DNA from: Laetmonice hystrix
Lineage: Eukaryota
DNA length: 64,000 nucleotides
Direction: 5' to 3'
NCBI GenBank assembly: GCA_965235115.1
Contig: OZ249441.1
Location: forward strand, 12,028,001-12,092,000
Both the position numbers and the translations under genes were made by a program. The notes under the pieces were generated by a model. It saw nothing but the letters and a program-made list of their open reading frames with translations. It ran no database searches and was not told the origin of the DNA. This document shows, one piece after another, positions 26,201-39,981 of this stretch (positions within the stretch are counted from its first letter, which is position 1; each line of letters starts with the position of its first letter).

Positions 26201-29200
26201 ACCTTATTGCCTTTTTTACGTCACATTTCTATCTGTCTTACGGTGTCGAGTAGTATCAAGTACCCGTGGCATAATATGAAATGCCATTAAAAGATTGTTA
26301 AAAAAAACCAACGGTTATATTTATGGGGAGGAGAATTTTACTTAATTTCCCAATAAAGATTCTACAAGGTGGAAGAAGCAATGAAAGAGCATTGTCAGTG
26401 GTAGGCGTGGTGATGTGTGTCAGAATGATCTGATAACTGTGGCTGGCAGGCACTGTAAACGGTACGAGTGTGACCACTAAATGCCGACACAAATCTCCAC
26501 CTGCCAGTTGTTACCAGCTCCACGGTCAGGCACTGTAAACGGTACGAGTGTGACCACTAAATGCCGACACAAATCTCCACCTGCCAGTTGTTACCAGCTG
26601 CACGGCAGGAGACCGACCTGTTAAAGTCTGCTCACTGCCACATCTGTCTGGCCATACATCAGTCTCCCCACTCCTTACAATCTGGGCCCTGCTCCAGCAA
26701 CAAATCAGAGCTGGGGGCTGAGACATATCTCAAGTTGGGGCGGGGGCGGAGAGCGGGCATCTATACAGCCACCCACTTTAAAAATATGGTCGAGGGTATG
26801 ATGGGCCACTTGCATGTCGTAGCGACCTTTAATTGCCTGTTCTGTGAGAATTAAGACTTTAATTTAAGTCAACCAGAGGCATGGAGAAGGTCACAGGGGC
26901 CGTCACTGAAAACTGAGTAAGTCAAAAAGACAAAGAGACATTAAACGGTCAGTTAGATCTACCACGGGAATCCCCATGGAGCGATAATCCCATGTTTTTC
27001 TCTGAGAGTTATTAAAGAGACAGATTGTCTTACACACCCAGATGGTGGGTAGCACCGACCTCGGACAGTACTTTGGTTGAAGGACAGTCATCAGAACAGA
27101 ACCTGTCATCAAATGTCCTGATCTGAACAGTACTGGCTCAGTGCAGCATTCATAAATACCCTCACACTTTCATTATGCCAGCCATGTTAGTGTCCTCGTA
27201 TATGACGGCTATCGTGAACTAAACTTTAGCACCCATGGAAAGAAGGCGGAGGTGAAGCAGGATGACCTCTGCATTCTTTAAAAGGTCCCAGGATAACTTA
27301 TTGATTGGATTTCACCGCATGCTGGATCCGTGACCGTCGACCTAAAAACAACAGCGTGTCTGCTGGTTGGGAGGTGATCTTGGGTTCACTCCAGTGTACT
27401 GGCAGCATGCCACGTTTTCTTCACAAACCACAACACCATGGAACTCGGCAGTCGGCAACCAAACCGTTAGGTTGCTCATCTTTTTTCACTTTGGCCACCA
27501 ACCAGGCCAATCCTTATGCTCGCAGGTATTGTTAAAGCTTTGGTACTATCACGGTGCACCTAAATTAAGTTTGACTTTGTTATTACCTACAGTGATGCTG
27601 ACGTGGCTTCCAGCCAAACAACACACAGTGTTGACGCTAGAAAGGCATTCGATAGTGTCAACAAATACTGGTCCTTCTTTGACGCCAGTCGGCACCTGCA
27701 GGCATCTGCATCAAAGATAATCCATTGCACAGATGGCGAGCAGCAGATGGACAACCCTTAACTACTTGGCCCACAGACATGCATAATTGCTAAACACATA
27801 TTATTCTTACCGTCCTAAATGGTGTTTTTAAAGCACCGCATAAGACAAGTCACGAAGGCCAATAGTCATCCGCGAGCACATCATCTCTGACTCACTGTCG
27901 TCCCGTTTTGTGATAACATGGGTTCGCGGAGAAGCCAACAATAACTGAGACTCCCATTTAACATTCTGGGTTCAATGGGCTTGCTGCCAAGGTAAATAGA
28001 GGATGAGACTGTGGTGAGACAGACTTCAGGCTGGGAAGGAATGCCACCCGCCGCAGGGGGAGTCAACTGCTGGGGTTGGCCACTGATGGAGACCAGTCGG
28101 TGTGGGCTGGACCAAGGTTCCCCCACACACGTGGACGAGATGCCAACTCTCTCTGACCTTGTTTCTTCAAATATTTAGGTCACGTTCTACGTGCCTTAAC
28201 AAAATAAAGTTTCGTGTCACTTCCTGCATCTCTGCCATGTGGCAACAATAACAACGAATAATATGGTTCAATCTCTTCAAACCATATCTACTGTGGTATA
28301 CCCATATCTGTGTCGATGTATGCCTGCCAGGGCATTAAATAGTTCAACCTTTGGAATCCCCCTTATGCCGGTTTCCTTAGTCTCTCCAAATATAACACGT
28401 GTCAGTACGTAATACCCTATTATTACTAATGAGAAAGTAACACGGTATTTAATTAGCAACTCCTCAGAGACGAATGTGTAAATGACCACCAACACATGCG
28501 AATAAAAGCCACACTTACATGCACAGATTTTTCACACACATGCACACAGGAAGATGTCAATTTACATACACAGAAAGCTCACACGAATTACCCAACGAAT
28601 TACCCAAAATACCAGTCTGGTAGGTTCTTTCAAGTGAAGACTTTTTGCAACATCAGGATCCCTCTAGTAATTAGCCTCAGAACACAACACATGTTCTTCA
28701 AACAGATAATTACTTTCAATAAATTAATCATTATCGTGATGAGTTCTGAGTCTTGTCATTTTTCTCCATGCAGAAAGTAGCTTATATCTCGACAAACACA
28801 GCGGAAGGGACGGCAAGTTGAAAAGTCAGCAATGATGAAAGGTTGCCAACTCCACAACAATCTTAATTTACACTTTGATGTTATCGCTGCCGGGTCAGAG
28901 ATCAGTTTCTCGTCATTTTCGAAAATCTTAACTTTAAAATTCCACTTTGATACGGACCTTCAAAGGAACTGAAGTCTTCAGCTGGTCTTAAATTTAGTAG
29001 CAAACATTAAGAACATTTTTATTGCTGTTTCTTAGCAACTTTGAAATGAAAGGTGGGTGTATTGCATTTAGTTTGAAATAGACCTATCGGTTCTTACTTT
29101 AAATTTCATACGGTATCATGATTACTACAACATTCTTTATCACCCTCGACAAAGATAGAGTCTTACATAGAGTGCCGTTTACAATTGTGCATTCACTATG

Positions 29201-32200
29201 TTGTGGTGTACTGAATAAAGCGAAGATCTAGTCTAAAGTCTCCAGCATAATTAAGCTTGCCTCGACTACTTGGCTACTGTCACACATCACCCTGCCAGTT
29301 TCATACATGCTACAGTCATTCTGGCCAGCTCTATAATCACGGCGCATTCTGTTGACGTAGACACAAAGGTCAGTGCTTTCTAACATAGCAATCACTATTT
29401 GATTGGCATTCCTAGCTTTGTCACACAGAGCTTGGCTAGGATATTTAACTCGGGGCCTTATATAAATACCATGGCGGCAAAGTTAAGATACTATATCCTC
29501 CATGTCTGATGACCTTAACGGCCAAAATCAGTCTAACTTACAATACGTTAATGAATAGGCGTTGTCACAACGTTACAAATAATGAGCTATTTTCTCATTG
29601 GTACTTCATTCCAGCTTCTTCTGGCCTTGTTTTAAATTACAAGAAAATGAAAACTGCTCGAATATTCCGACCTGTGGAAGATGTACTTGTGAGCATCATT
29701 TGTTCAGCACAGTCTATGAGACAAAAGCGATGGCAACAACAGGCTAAAAATGACAAATAACTCACTCTGACTTTTGCACCTGACTCCGCCGGTTTTGCCC
29801 TGTGTCACATCAACTCTTTAACCTGCAAATGCTCCACAATGAGGCGATTTTTTCGTATGTGTGCACAGTTTCTAAGTTTATTGTTATGTCAAATTACTAC
29901 CATTGCAAGTGTCTACCAATGACTTTCTCTCTCTCTACCTAAGCTTTTACCCTATAGCATCTTGAAGTGTCCAGCACGATTGCCTTTACCTTTTTTTGTC
30001 CATGTCTTGTAAAGTTTTCATTCTCCCTATTTTCTGTATCATTAAGTACCGTATTGGCGTGCATGCAATGGACCTTTGTCATTCTACTGGCTGTACTAAT
30101 CTTTCGATGTGACGTACAACGATCAGTCAGAGCTCCTCGTATTTCTTCCCGTCATTCACCTGCTTCCGGCTGACTGCAGCGCCCTCTGTGATCTAACGTC
30201 CCCGCCAGCCAACCCAACCATTCTCATGAAAACACTACTTCCATTACGTCCACACGTACCCCGCCTCCAGGCACACTGATACATATACTGGCGCTCTGAT
30301 TGAAAGTTAAGATAGAGTTTCATGTCAACATGACGTTTTGTGCCACCAAGCGACATGAAATCGGTCACACCATGTAGAGTATAGAGCCTATAGTAGACCT
30401 ATATAGTCTAGAGAGGCGTCCTTCACAATTACCGCACTCAGTCTATATACAGATATATCGGCCTACTCAAGCCTGTAAACATTTGATTTCACGATTTTTA
30501 TTCATCTTTTCGGCAAAAGAAACTCCCACCCCTTTAAATAACATGATTTCTCGATAAATCTGATAACCTGTGGCTGTCGGTAATGAGGCGGTAAACGCGG
30601 CAACAATGGCAGTTCCTTCTTATGTTCCGTCATACAGTCAGATGGCCACATCTCCCATTCAAAGGTTCATACAAAAATAGATTATCGGGATGAGGAGGAC
30701 GCTACAGGTGTGAGTGAACATTACCATGTGCCGCTCTGATTTGAAAGAAGTGGTTCTACCAACAGTTATTGTACGAACAATAGAGGCAGAGACCGCCAAA
30801 CGCGGGTAGGATAACATCCTGGTATCTTTATAATACCTCCACCAACAATGCACCGGTACTATCCTGTCTTTCACCGTGGGTTTGGTTGAAATCGGACCCA
30901 AAAATGATAATAGAAATATGAAAAATAACATCTACAAATTGGTCCCCGAAAGGACCATAATTTATCAGTCACCCTCTAAGATTAGTAACCTGAGTTTATT
31001 TTTTTTTCAAACTAATTTGAATAGTTCAGAAAGCTACCAGAAACAACTTTCTTCTTTTGCACCATAAGCTGGTACCTAAAGCGAATGCCGTAAAATTAGT
31101 GCCGATTAACGAGGGAAGCATGTATTTGGCCGATCTGAATGCGGAAAGGTCAGTGACAGAATGCTCAGCCTACACAACAGAGGTGTAAAACAATGAGTTT
31201 GTTTCCGCTGTAAACAATTATTATTTGATCACCCACAACGAGCTCTAAGTGGTGACGACTAAGGAGAAAGAATGTGTTTATTACTCCTGTCGTCGGAGCT
31301 GTATGTTTAATGGCGGAGAGAATGGGTGTGGCCTTATCAATGACAGGTCCGCAGTGGGCTGTCAGAGATAGCGGCGCTAAACTCTCGCCATGTCAGACGA
31401 TTCATGTCAAAATGAAGGATCGCGGCATTCTCAGACGGCCACATTCAAGGGTATACTGACTCGTAACGATGGCGGGCGGGCGGACGGGCGGGGGGTCGGG
31501 AAATATGATCCACAACATGTGAACTGAGGCATGTTATATGATTCCTGAAGTCATCTTAAAGGGTAACATCACTAATTGTTCCCAAATGGATCAAAGTTAT
31601 CTATCGTAACTCCACCGATCAACAGTTATTACAAACGGAGTGGAACCAGGAAGTTTCTGACTAGGACTCGGAAGATTTCTTTACTTGTTACAGCAGTTGA
31701 AAATGAAAGCAATCCTTTATTATATAACACTCAAATATTTAACAAAAATAATATTTAAAAAAATAATAGTTAAAAGCAATGTGGCAGTACGCTACCAGAT
31801 GTATTATGGTCACTTGATTATTAACTTCAAGAAATAACTTTCCGTTTCAATTTGTCCCAGCGAATGACTCCTACAGACATGGAATATGAAATAAATGACA
31901 AAATAAAAACAGAAACTTAAAAAAGCTGGCGTTATCTGTAAAATCCTTCTGTTTATGGCAGCTGTCCGATTCAGTGTCGGTCTAGCCGTCGTATCTGTGC
32001 ACTGCCAATCAGTGTCGCGTGCTATTCTTATCTCGGGCTGCCTGACTCGTTCCAAATTGGCGCTTCACATTTGACTCATTATGGATCCGCGGGTTTTTTT
32101 GGCCATGAACCTGTACTAACCCAGATATCGTTCGGTTGCCTTTGTTTTCTCCAAACCCTTTCTGCATAAGCACATTTGTCTGTTTTAGGGTGATTAGTTT

Positions 32201-35200
32201 CATAATTTCTAAATGCTGCATGGTGCATCATTTTCGTTCTAGTTTGAGAGGATGATAAGGTTAGTAACTTTTTACAAGAATAATGAAAGTATGAACAGAT
32301 TCTATTTTGATAATCAAATTATTCAAAGCCTTGTATTGTTCCAATTAAAGTGCCTCTCCAGAGTAGCCTTCTCTATAATCTACACTGATATACAAATAGG
32401 TATTCATACAAATAGGTATTCATACAAATGTATACATATAGTTCATATTGGATTGTGTGTGTGCGTATTTTTCTGTGGTTATTAACCAGAACGGTCGGCA
32501 GTCTGCCTACTGCTACCGTTCTGTCGTTATTAGGTATCTAGTGGCTATATAACATATACCCAGTGTGGTTTAGGTACACAAGTGATACACACTCCCCTTC
32601 ACCACTCCGATCTCGATGGTCACTGAGCTTCAGGACTGGATATTCACCGATTTAACGTCAGACGGTAGCTCCCATTTAAACATTCCTGTATTTGTGCTCC
32701 TCTGTGCTCTAGTTCTGCCTCAACAACATTTTGGTGATAAAATAATAATCCGCAGTACGTGTAAAGAATAAATCTTGCAAAGTTCATTCATTCTTTTCTC
32801 CAATCAAAAGGAAAGAGGCAGATCATAATTTCACAATACAGCAAAAAGACAACATGTATAAAAGAGAGGAAAGGCGTGTTAGAACTCTGAAGGTGGAAGA
32901 TCTATAACAACCCTCTCCCCAATAATGTGTCCTCTGACTTGTGACGTTATGAATACTACAGAGAAAGAAGCAGGCGTGAATCCATAATAGGAATGAAGCT
33001 CATTTCATTACAATCACTTCATTCTTGTTTTCACGCAATGTAATTCTTTTATGGAAATGTGACAAATGCCATTTTCCATTTAGACGCATTCAAGGATATC
33101 AGCAAGGGTGCTGTTAATATAACCAAGTCTTGAATTTTTTAGTACTTTAAGTAATCAAAAATGTAATCATTTCTGACTTTTAATATTCAATGATGCATTA
33201 ATCTACACATATGCTATGCTGTACTTTTATTTGTTAATTTCTACCGTTCCTACATTAATTCTACATTGTTTCTCGATAAGTTGAGAATAAAGCAACAATC
33301 TTGACATGCACTGAGTAGGAGATAATTGTTATCAGTTAAGGAGAAGATACCTACCGGAGTGTCTTGTCTGCCGCTAGATGGCATTAAGGGCAGGCCTAGC
33401 TGCTGCCGTTTCCAATTCTCATACTGTTTAACCTGAAAAAAAATCACCAAAAATAGTCGTTGCTTATAGAGAAAGCTATCTTTTAAACCCTTCAAACGTT
33501 CCTGATTTCCTCGATTTCCACAATAAAAGGTGCTAATATTTCTCATCTGAATTATCTTTGTAAGAAAATCACGCCATATCGTAAGCTCCAGAAAAAATTG
33601 AAGAACATGTCTTTTTATTTCTTCTATTCCTAATCACGTTGCAACGTTTGAAGTGAATTTCAGTTTATCCTTAGAAATGTGGGCCCACAAAGTTCAAATG
33701 GAGCCTACTGCAGCCCCTGATGCTGTCCCATGTTTGAGACAGACTGGTTGGATGACTACTGACTGACTGTGAACCGTGCTGTCCGCCCACACTCACCGTT
33801 TCCACAGCGTCATGCATGGAGATTTTGCCCTCCTTGACGAGTAACATCAGCTCAATACGGTCGTCATCAGGCATGGTGATCTCGCTCGCATGTAGGTCTC
33901 CCTCATGTTGTTTGTATACATACTTCCTGCCAGACCGCCGGCCACTCATGTTCTTGAAGAAACGACCCAGCCCGGTTTTCTTTTTCAAAGTTCCCTCTCC
34001 GTACTCTGTGATATAAAGAAAACACGCATAACGTTATTATGTGACTATCAAACCATTACATGAAACCATTTTTAATGCGCTTGTTTTGTCATAAATGGCT
34101 TTTCCATGGTAACAGAATAATAAATCACTTGAACATTTTTAGCCTATTTTCTGATAAAGTTCTATGCTCGCTGAACCTTAAAGGCTTAAATCTTTTGTTG
34201 TGCAATGAAAGCCGCAGGATCCGTAGTTTTTCTGGTAGGTTATTCCACGCAGAGAGCGATCAGCCCACGCTCGATGACAAAACATCTACGTGGCCACAAC
34301 CATAAAAATGCCATGTCCGATGTGTAAGGATCTTGATAACCAGCCGGAATTTGTGTCAAAAAGGCACAAAGTGATTATTTCACGGCTCATCAGAAAAAGA
34401 CTTAATAGACTGTGGTTGGCCTTACGCTGGCGGGACACAGACCCTCCTCTGTGCATGCCTCACGACAATACTTTATCAATGTCCACCTAGGTTAATTCCC
34501 TGGGAGATAATCTCATCCAGCACAGGTTACCCCAGCCTTGCCGAGCCGAGCCTGCCCCAATCCTCACCCTGCTATGTGAGTCATTCCATGAATCTGCTTC
34601 TCTAACAATAGATCTTGACAACTTTTCACAATGAACACTCACGCGAAGAATGGTGGCAAATCCCTAAATTGTTCCATTCCCCGAAATCATCCTCACATAA
34701 TTCTTCCATAGCAATTATGTAATTTTATGTGCTTGGATTGGTTTTTAGCAAAGAGTCTTCATTGGAGCTGCGGCTTTAGTTCTTTCCCCTGCTTTCATCA
34801 AATAGCCCTGAGGGTAAAACCATCTGCTTTTTAATCTGCAACAATTTCGAACCTCTTCGTCTGCAGCCTGACGGCAGCCGTAAAAACATCACCCCGATTA
34901 AAGCAAATGTAGTCGGTTTTTTACTGGTATCAGGCAAAATATTTGCAATTAAATCGGATTTATTCCAAAGCAATTGGAGGACCGAAGCTGGAAAGTTTTG
35001 GCTGAGGTATGGCATTACGTCGGCTGTTGTTAAAGCTGATGACGGTCTGCCGCTGATTATAATGCAAGTCGGCGATCAATAATTGCTATCGCTGGATCAG
35101 AATTTTTTCCAGGCCAAACAAGTCGAAATATCTGTTCATCAATAAGAATAACAGTCTAGTATATGGAGATACTGTGCCGTGCAGGTGATGCCACCCCGAT

Positions 35201-38200
35201 TCGTGAGGGGATGCCACCGCGTTTCGTGAGGTGTGTGGAATGTGTAGTGTTCGATTCGGTAAGATTAGGCCTCGGAACATGGGAGCCTGGGTTTGGAACA
35301 GAGTGAATAGACTTCTGCTGTGTCGATAGGACAACCATTCAACCTGTCTATAATAGATACAAAATTGTAAAACTGGAATTACGGATTTGATTTTCATTAG
35401 ACTTTTTATTGAAATAGATATTATTATTACATAGAAGAGGAATTTCTCTTCCGTTTGTTCCGAATTATTTCCCTCATGACTTGACGATTTTATACAACCC
35501 GTAGCATCCACCGGAGAGTAAAGTGACCTGGTGTAGAAATGTTCCTATCGGGAGATGAGGCAGCACGCAGGATCAGATCCATCAGGCTGGCCAGCTCAAT
35601 ACCACTTTATGACACGGCCCCTCGCCATCGACTGTGACCTGCACAGTCGGCGATGCCTATGTCACATATTGGACACAGTGTAATTCTATCAAAAAGCATG
35701 GGAATTCAATACTGTCACGCATTGAGCAAATGCCCCGATTTATTCCTGGCCTGCTGGTTTACCACTGCCTTCCTTCAGGGAGCCAACAATCAAGAAGCAA
35801 TAAAGCTATCTCACAGAAATCTTATCACCAGAGGAACTGCTGCCACTGATGCATCACTTTCTCTATATGTTTGTCCGTTCGTTCTGGCCAGGAAATACGC
35901 CGTCCGGTTTAGAGGACACCGTTACAAAAATGACTCCAGTGGCAGAATAAATTTCACCGAATTAGCTTTATTACCTACTTTATCTACTTACTGGAAAGAA
36001 GGGGTCGGCGCAATTCTAGATGTAAGGATTTTTGTATAGAGAATAAAACCCGGAACAAGCCGAGCGCCTCTTGCAGTGAGTTTGGGGGGAAGCTATAGGG
36101 CCTACAGAAAGTGCAGCATTATGGATAACAGGTCAACGATAGTTCGGACGTAGCCCATTTAGTTGTCAAAATCCTTTTTGCGAACATTTACCTACACATG
36201 GCCTAAAGGTTTTTGGCAGCTGCTTTCCTACATTATGGATTCAGGTACGTGGAATAATAACTCAGGAAACAGCTAGACTGCTTAATCTACCTCCGCGAAA
36301 CTTGGGCTATGGGACTCGGGTTTCCAATCACACATCTTTAACTCTGTCCAGATTTGAGCATGGAGTTAAAGGTTGGTTGGCAGCTTTGTGCGCAACATTT
36401 CGTCATTTTCAGCAGATGTCAGAAACTATTAGAGTTGATATTTCAAACGGAATATCTCTGCACGAACAAAAACAGAAAACGTACACAAACTATTTTATAA
36501 TGGGCGCTATTATCACCCGCGCTCACAGCGCTGAACGCTTCACAACCGGCTTGAGTTTGATAGAAGATCCATTACTGCCTTTAACAACCTTGGGCTAATG
36601 GTGACAGACCCAAAACTGAAACCATTAAGTGATCAAATTTCTCCGCTTGTCCCTGGTCGTCGATTTTCAACCGCTGGACTTAACACAATTTCATTGAAGC
36701 TCACAAGTTTGCCGTGGCTGGCCACTCTGTCTGCCGACAAACACGTCTATTTGCACGATCTAATGCAGTTCCAATTTCCACTCCTTCCATTCAAGACTCG
36801 CCATCGATACCTCTCCCTTCTACAATACATCCCGAGCCGAAAATGAGATCCCTGACAAAGGAAGGACGGAGAGCAAATAGTGCGAGGCGACAATGGAGCG
36901 ATATTTCTGGGCTCCATGGTCTCCCCATCCGTCCCACTGTGAGGGGAGATGAGACGGTTATGATCTCTACTGATTCCCGCCCTCAGCAGGGGGACTGCCA
37001 CCGCCCACTTCTACAAAACAAGTATTGGCGGGATGCGGACAAAATTAAAAAACTGGACGCATTATACAGGACAAGTCGGGTATGTTTATGACAGGGTCTG
37101 GTTATGGCCAAGTTCACGAAGTCTAAAGTATAAATACAAATAACTTGGCGACTAGTCACTTCGAATTTTACTTCACTAATCTATGCCCAAAGAATGCACC
37201 CATGATTTTGGAATCAAAGTATAATGTGGTTGTGTATGCACAGCACAAGTATAATGTACCTGTGTATTCACAGTACAAGTATAATGTACCTGTGTATTCA
37301 CAGTACAAGTATCATGTGGTTGTGTATGCACAGCACAAGTATAATGTACCTGTGTATTCACAGTACAAGTATAATGTACCTGTGTATTCACAGTACAAGT
37401 ATAATGGCATTATAGTCACAAGGGATGAGTATCTAACACCTGCGAGTGTGACGATCTCAATATTAACGGGGTCACCTTCTCAGATCGTAGCGAAGGATTC
37501 ATTATTTCTCCTTCAGACAAAACACACATCTTATGAGCACGTCAATGTATTTACATGATAGTAATTACTCATTAAAGTACGCTCAATACACATATGGCAA
37601 CATCACCGGGAGGAAAAACAGCAACTCTCATCGTGATGCACGGCAATCACGTTCATTCTCATGTAAACAAAAGAATGTGTTCACATGTCTGTCATTCTAG
37701 TCACTGATAAATACTGCACGCCTACGGATCAGGCGAGGAATTCCAATCATTCACTGAAGAGAATGATTTCTCCGATGGGAAATAAGCACATTTAATACAT
37801 AAAATATTGATGTCACTATCTACCAACGTCCACCCATGCTTGGACTCATGTGTTTCCCGGTCCCATATATGGGTCACTATACATGTAAGCTACAGCGCTG
37901 CCCCAATAACGTCTGATTAATTTTTTAGTGAAAACTCCCGGTCCTGCATGCGAACCTGATTCTATCTGTGTGCCCTTACTGGAACAAACAGGGAAACCCC
38001 GAGATAGTCGGGTCACTCTGGCATGCTGTCGACCAAACCACTGCTTGCATGACTATCTGCTATACTGGCCGCACTTCAGGAAAACCTCAGTGAAAAACCA
38101 CACTGATGTGAAAGCATTTTGTCACAACACGGAATTATTCTATACTCTGGCAGAGTGGGACAAATTACATATGATGTGGCACATGATAGTCAGGTATGGG

Positions 38201-39970
38201 AGAGTATAAGGCTATATCCATATAGGTTCACAATACCAGACTAACATCTGGGGATAGTGTGCAAAACTGTGGCTAACATATACGGAATCTGTGGAAACTC
38301 TGGTCATTCATGCAACGGATTCAATCATAATTTGTATTTTGAAAAACACACAATTGGACCATGATTACAGCTCAGACAGCCAGGCACAAGTGTGTTAAGT
38401 GTTATCAGATCTCTCTGTTAAGTGTTAACACATCTCTCTGTGAACTTGTTTTCTTCAAATAGAAATCAATCCCTCCTGCTCCTTTCTTATTCCAACCCGT
38501 TTTGCCGCCCCACCAGCCGCAGTGTATGTATGGTAGCCACTTTCATCACTCTACCATTACGGACCCTAACTGGGCTATCATGTAATGGCCGACCCGCATC
38601 CAGGGATTTTCTGTACCGAGAGGGTGAAGGTATTCTAGTGCAACCTGTCTCTTCTTGCTCTAAGTCACGCCTACCTGTCTCTACTTGCTCTAAGTCACGC
38701 CTACCTGTCTCTACTTGCTCTAAGTCACGCCTACCTGTCTCTACTTGCTCTAAGTCACGCCTACCTGTCTCTACTTGCTCTAAGTCACGCCTTCCTGTCT
38801 CTACTTGCTCTAAGTAACGCCTACCTGTGCCGGGTAACAAAAGTTTATCAATCAATCTGAAATGAGGGCTGGTTGTCTGGAATGACTGTATGATATCGCA
38901 CCATTAAATGGATTACTAATGCAGCATGCATTGTGAAGTTTTCAGATAATTCAAGTACACTGTACGATTTAAATGGATGATACGGTACAAGTCTACGGCA
39001 TGGTCTCAGAAACTCTTCACGGTTATTGGCTAAACAATGTTATTACGCACAAGTTTATAAACATCTCTATTCTCTCTTCAAAAAACGTAAATAGGGCAAG
39101 TTATGTCTCAATAACTGTTGACAACTGAGGCGTTGATCACAATGCAGTCCACGGCGGCAGTTCTGTGAGTAGTATATGACATTTGGGATATGGGGCAGGT
39201 CTTTTCCCACAGTGCACGCCCGCCCGTCACTGAAAGAAATATACGACCCAGATAACTACCTTCATGCACTTTAAATAAAAGCTCCATTATGGTTTGTACG
39301 TACAGGCTGACAGGCTATTTGCTAAGTTTGGTCAACCGGATAGTAGGAGCCTTTTAACTTTAAAGATATTGAACACAGCCCATAATGGCTATCAGTATTT
39401 CCGAAACTACGCACATGTGGTAAGTAACGAAAGCTATCCGGCACCTTGGCAGTATTCCAGGTTGATTGTATTCTGTGCCGATACCAGGCCTCTAGTAGGG
39501 CTACTGAAAACATCGAAGATACATTAACTTATATACATTAACTTATATTACAGAGACCATGACCGATGTACTGCCCTGATTATTACTGAATTCAAAACTG
39601 GTTACAATCGTCCTTTAATCACATTGCTTCCTGCCTCGTGTTTAGAAGTGTTCCCTGAACTGGGCCAACGAGACTCTTCCCATCTAGATTGATGGCATAC
39701 TTAAAATCTAAGTGCCAGACCTTGGCTTTAATTCGCGATCAGTGCTCTATACTGATTCAGTAATCTAGTCGCTCGCCGGGACCAAACCCTAGCTGGCGCG
39801 CTGGTTGTTGTCGTGTAAGTAGCCAGGTCTGGGTTGAAGGTTACCTTGTCCGGAGCTGTGGTCGCCAAACACCTCGTCGATATCATAAAACGACAGAGCT
39901 CGGAGCGGGCCCGTTGTGGACCCGCTACTTGACACGGTCTGTGTCGCTCGCGGCTCATCCTTATTGACCG
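13408..39970 (-). CDS. SASH1: Multi-exon SASH1/SAMSN1/SASH3 (SLy)-family SAM-domain adaptor gene; 5' end unresolved
   Basis: Nine AG/GT-bounded exons join with compatible phases into one frame (3062 nt, ~1,019 aa). DLHASEITMPDDDRIELMLLVKEGKISMHDAVETVKQYE matches, from recall, SASH1 [80 protein letters not shown]...TAAQLLLDYE matches the SASH1 first SAM domain. The symbol denotes family similarity; orthology is not tested. Confidence 0.9.
15244..15363 (-). repeat. 30-bp x4 repeat reading GL(T/R)RPTLPTP on the gene strand
   Basis: Four copies; differences fall mostly at third codon positions in this frame. Confidence 0.85.
15450..16092. repeat. Purine-rich 27-bp minisatellite, ~24 copies
   Basis: Unit GGAGAGACAGGAGGCAGAGAACTGAGG with 26- and 28-bp variants. 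Confidence 0.97.
16290..16440 (-). CDS. SASH1: SAM-domain exon [11 protein letters not shown]...LLDYE
   Basis: ttggttacag|CAC acceptor, GAAG|gtaaga donor, 151 nt (phase 0 to 1); clear SAM signature. Confidence 0.93.
17279..17518 (-). CDS. SASH1: Exon with linker and first SAM helix (...[18 protein letters not shown])
   Basis: Donor CAG|gtacgg is clear. The 5' boundary (ttttaacacaag|AAA, 240 nt, phase 0/0) is less certain because the acceptor is AAG. Confidence 0.8.
17882..17959 (-). CDS. SASH1: 78-nt symmetric exon MPRGNTNSAGEECLSSDYEDHEDPSM
   Basis: ggggtttacctcag|ATG acceptor and ATG|gtaagt donor; phase 0/0 fits both neighbours. Confidence 0.6.
18362..18664. repeat. Imperfect 53-71 bp tandem array abutting an exon donor
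   Basis: ACCCACTCATGTTCT at ~18416, 18469, 18530 and 18601; related ACCCACTCACGTTCG at 18656. Confidence 0.9.
18665..19791 (-). CDS. SASH1: Large 1127-nt central exon (SLy-like Ser-rich region)
   Basis: gtgttccag|AA acceptor, AAC|gtgagt donor, 375 open codons. LRTSGSFG, GSGESLR and SSTMS resemble SASH1 RTCSFGG, GSVESLR and QSSMS. Confidence 0.85.
19140..19153 (+). promoter_or_regulatory. CTCF-like motif inside a coding exon
   Basis: CCACTAGATGGCGC matches the core CC[AG][CG][CT]AG[AG][GT]GGC exactly. Confidence 0.45.
20874..21260. repeat. ~49-bp array decaying into ~38-bp units
   Basis: CTCAAATGATACCCATTTTCT...GGCAAACTTCATCTGA repeated. Confidence 0.9.
21983..22155. repeat. 35-bp minisatellite, ~5 copies
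   Basis: CTCATCGATTCTCATACAAACAGATATCTGATAAA. Confidence 0.9.
22684..22829. repeat. 71-bp tandem duplication
   Basis: CAGCATGTGGCAGTGG... at 22684 and 22755. Confidence 0.9.
24545..24707 (-). CDS. SASH1: Lys-rich exon ...QLKKVSFFLPPKLPTLKKKKGTLTKQKSLSSA
   Basis: Donor GCAG|gtagga is phase 1. Acceptor gcatgtag|ATG at phase 0 bridges the phase-0 and phase-1 neighbours. An alternative acceptor (ttacccag) lies 8 nt downstream. Confidence 0.65.
26447..26608. repeat. 80-bp tandem duplication
   Basis: CAGGCACTGTAAACGG... at 26447 and 26527. Confidence 0.9.
33355..33432 (-). CDS. SASH1: Exon VKQYENWKRQQLGLPLMPSSGRQDTP
   Basis: ttttttcag|GTT acceptor, CCG|gtaggt donor, 78 nt; continues the family motif (LKEYE equivalent). 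Confidence 0.88.
33797..34005 (-). CDS. SASH1: Exon with the conserved ASEITM..RI.LM..VKE motif
   Basis: ttctttatatcacag|AG acceptor, ACG|gtgagt donor, 209 nt; strong motif match. Confidence 0.92.
37218..37404. repeat. 30-bp minisatellite x6 in ABB-ABB order
   Basis: Variant A GTGGTTGTGTATGCA, variant B GTACCTGTGTATTCA. Confidence 0.92.
38642..38829. repeat. 30-bp minisatellite x6
   Basis: CTACCTGTCTCTACTTGCTCTAAGTCACGC. Confidence 0.93.
39845..39970 (-). CDS. SASH1: Probable upstream exon ...PLRALSFYDIDEVFGDHSSGQ
   Basis: CAAG|gtaacc donor is phase 1 and joins exon 34005 as Q-E-Y-G-E-G. The acceptor (ccccctag|CG) has a weak pyrimidine tract, so the start is uncertain. Confidence 0.55.
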
Positions 39971-39981
39971 CTAGGGGGCGC
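39968..39981 (+). promoter_or_regulatory. CTCF-like motif
   Basis: CCGCTAGGGGGCGC, exact core match, overlapping the putative acceptor of exon 39970. Confidence 0.5.
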
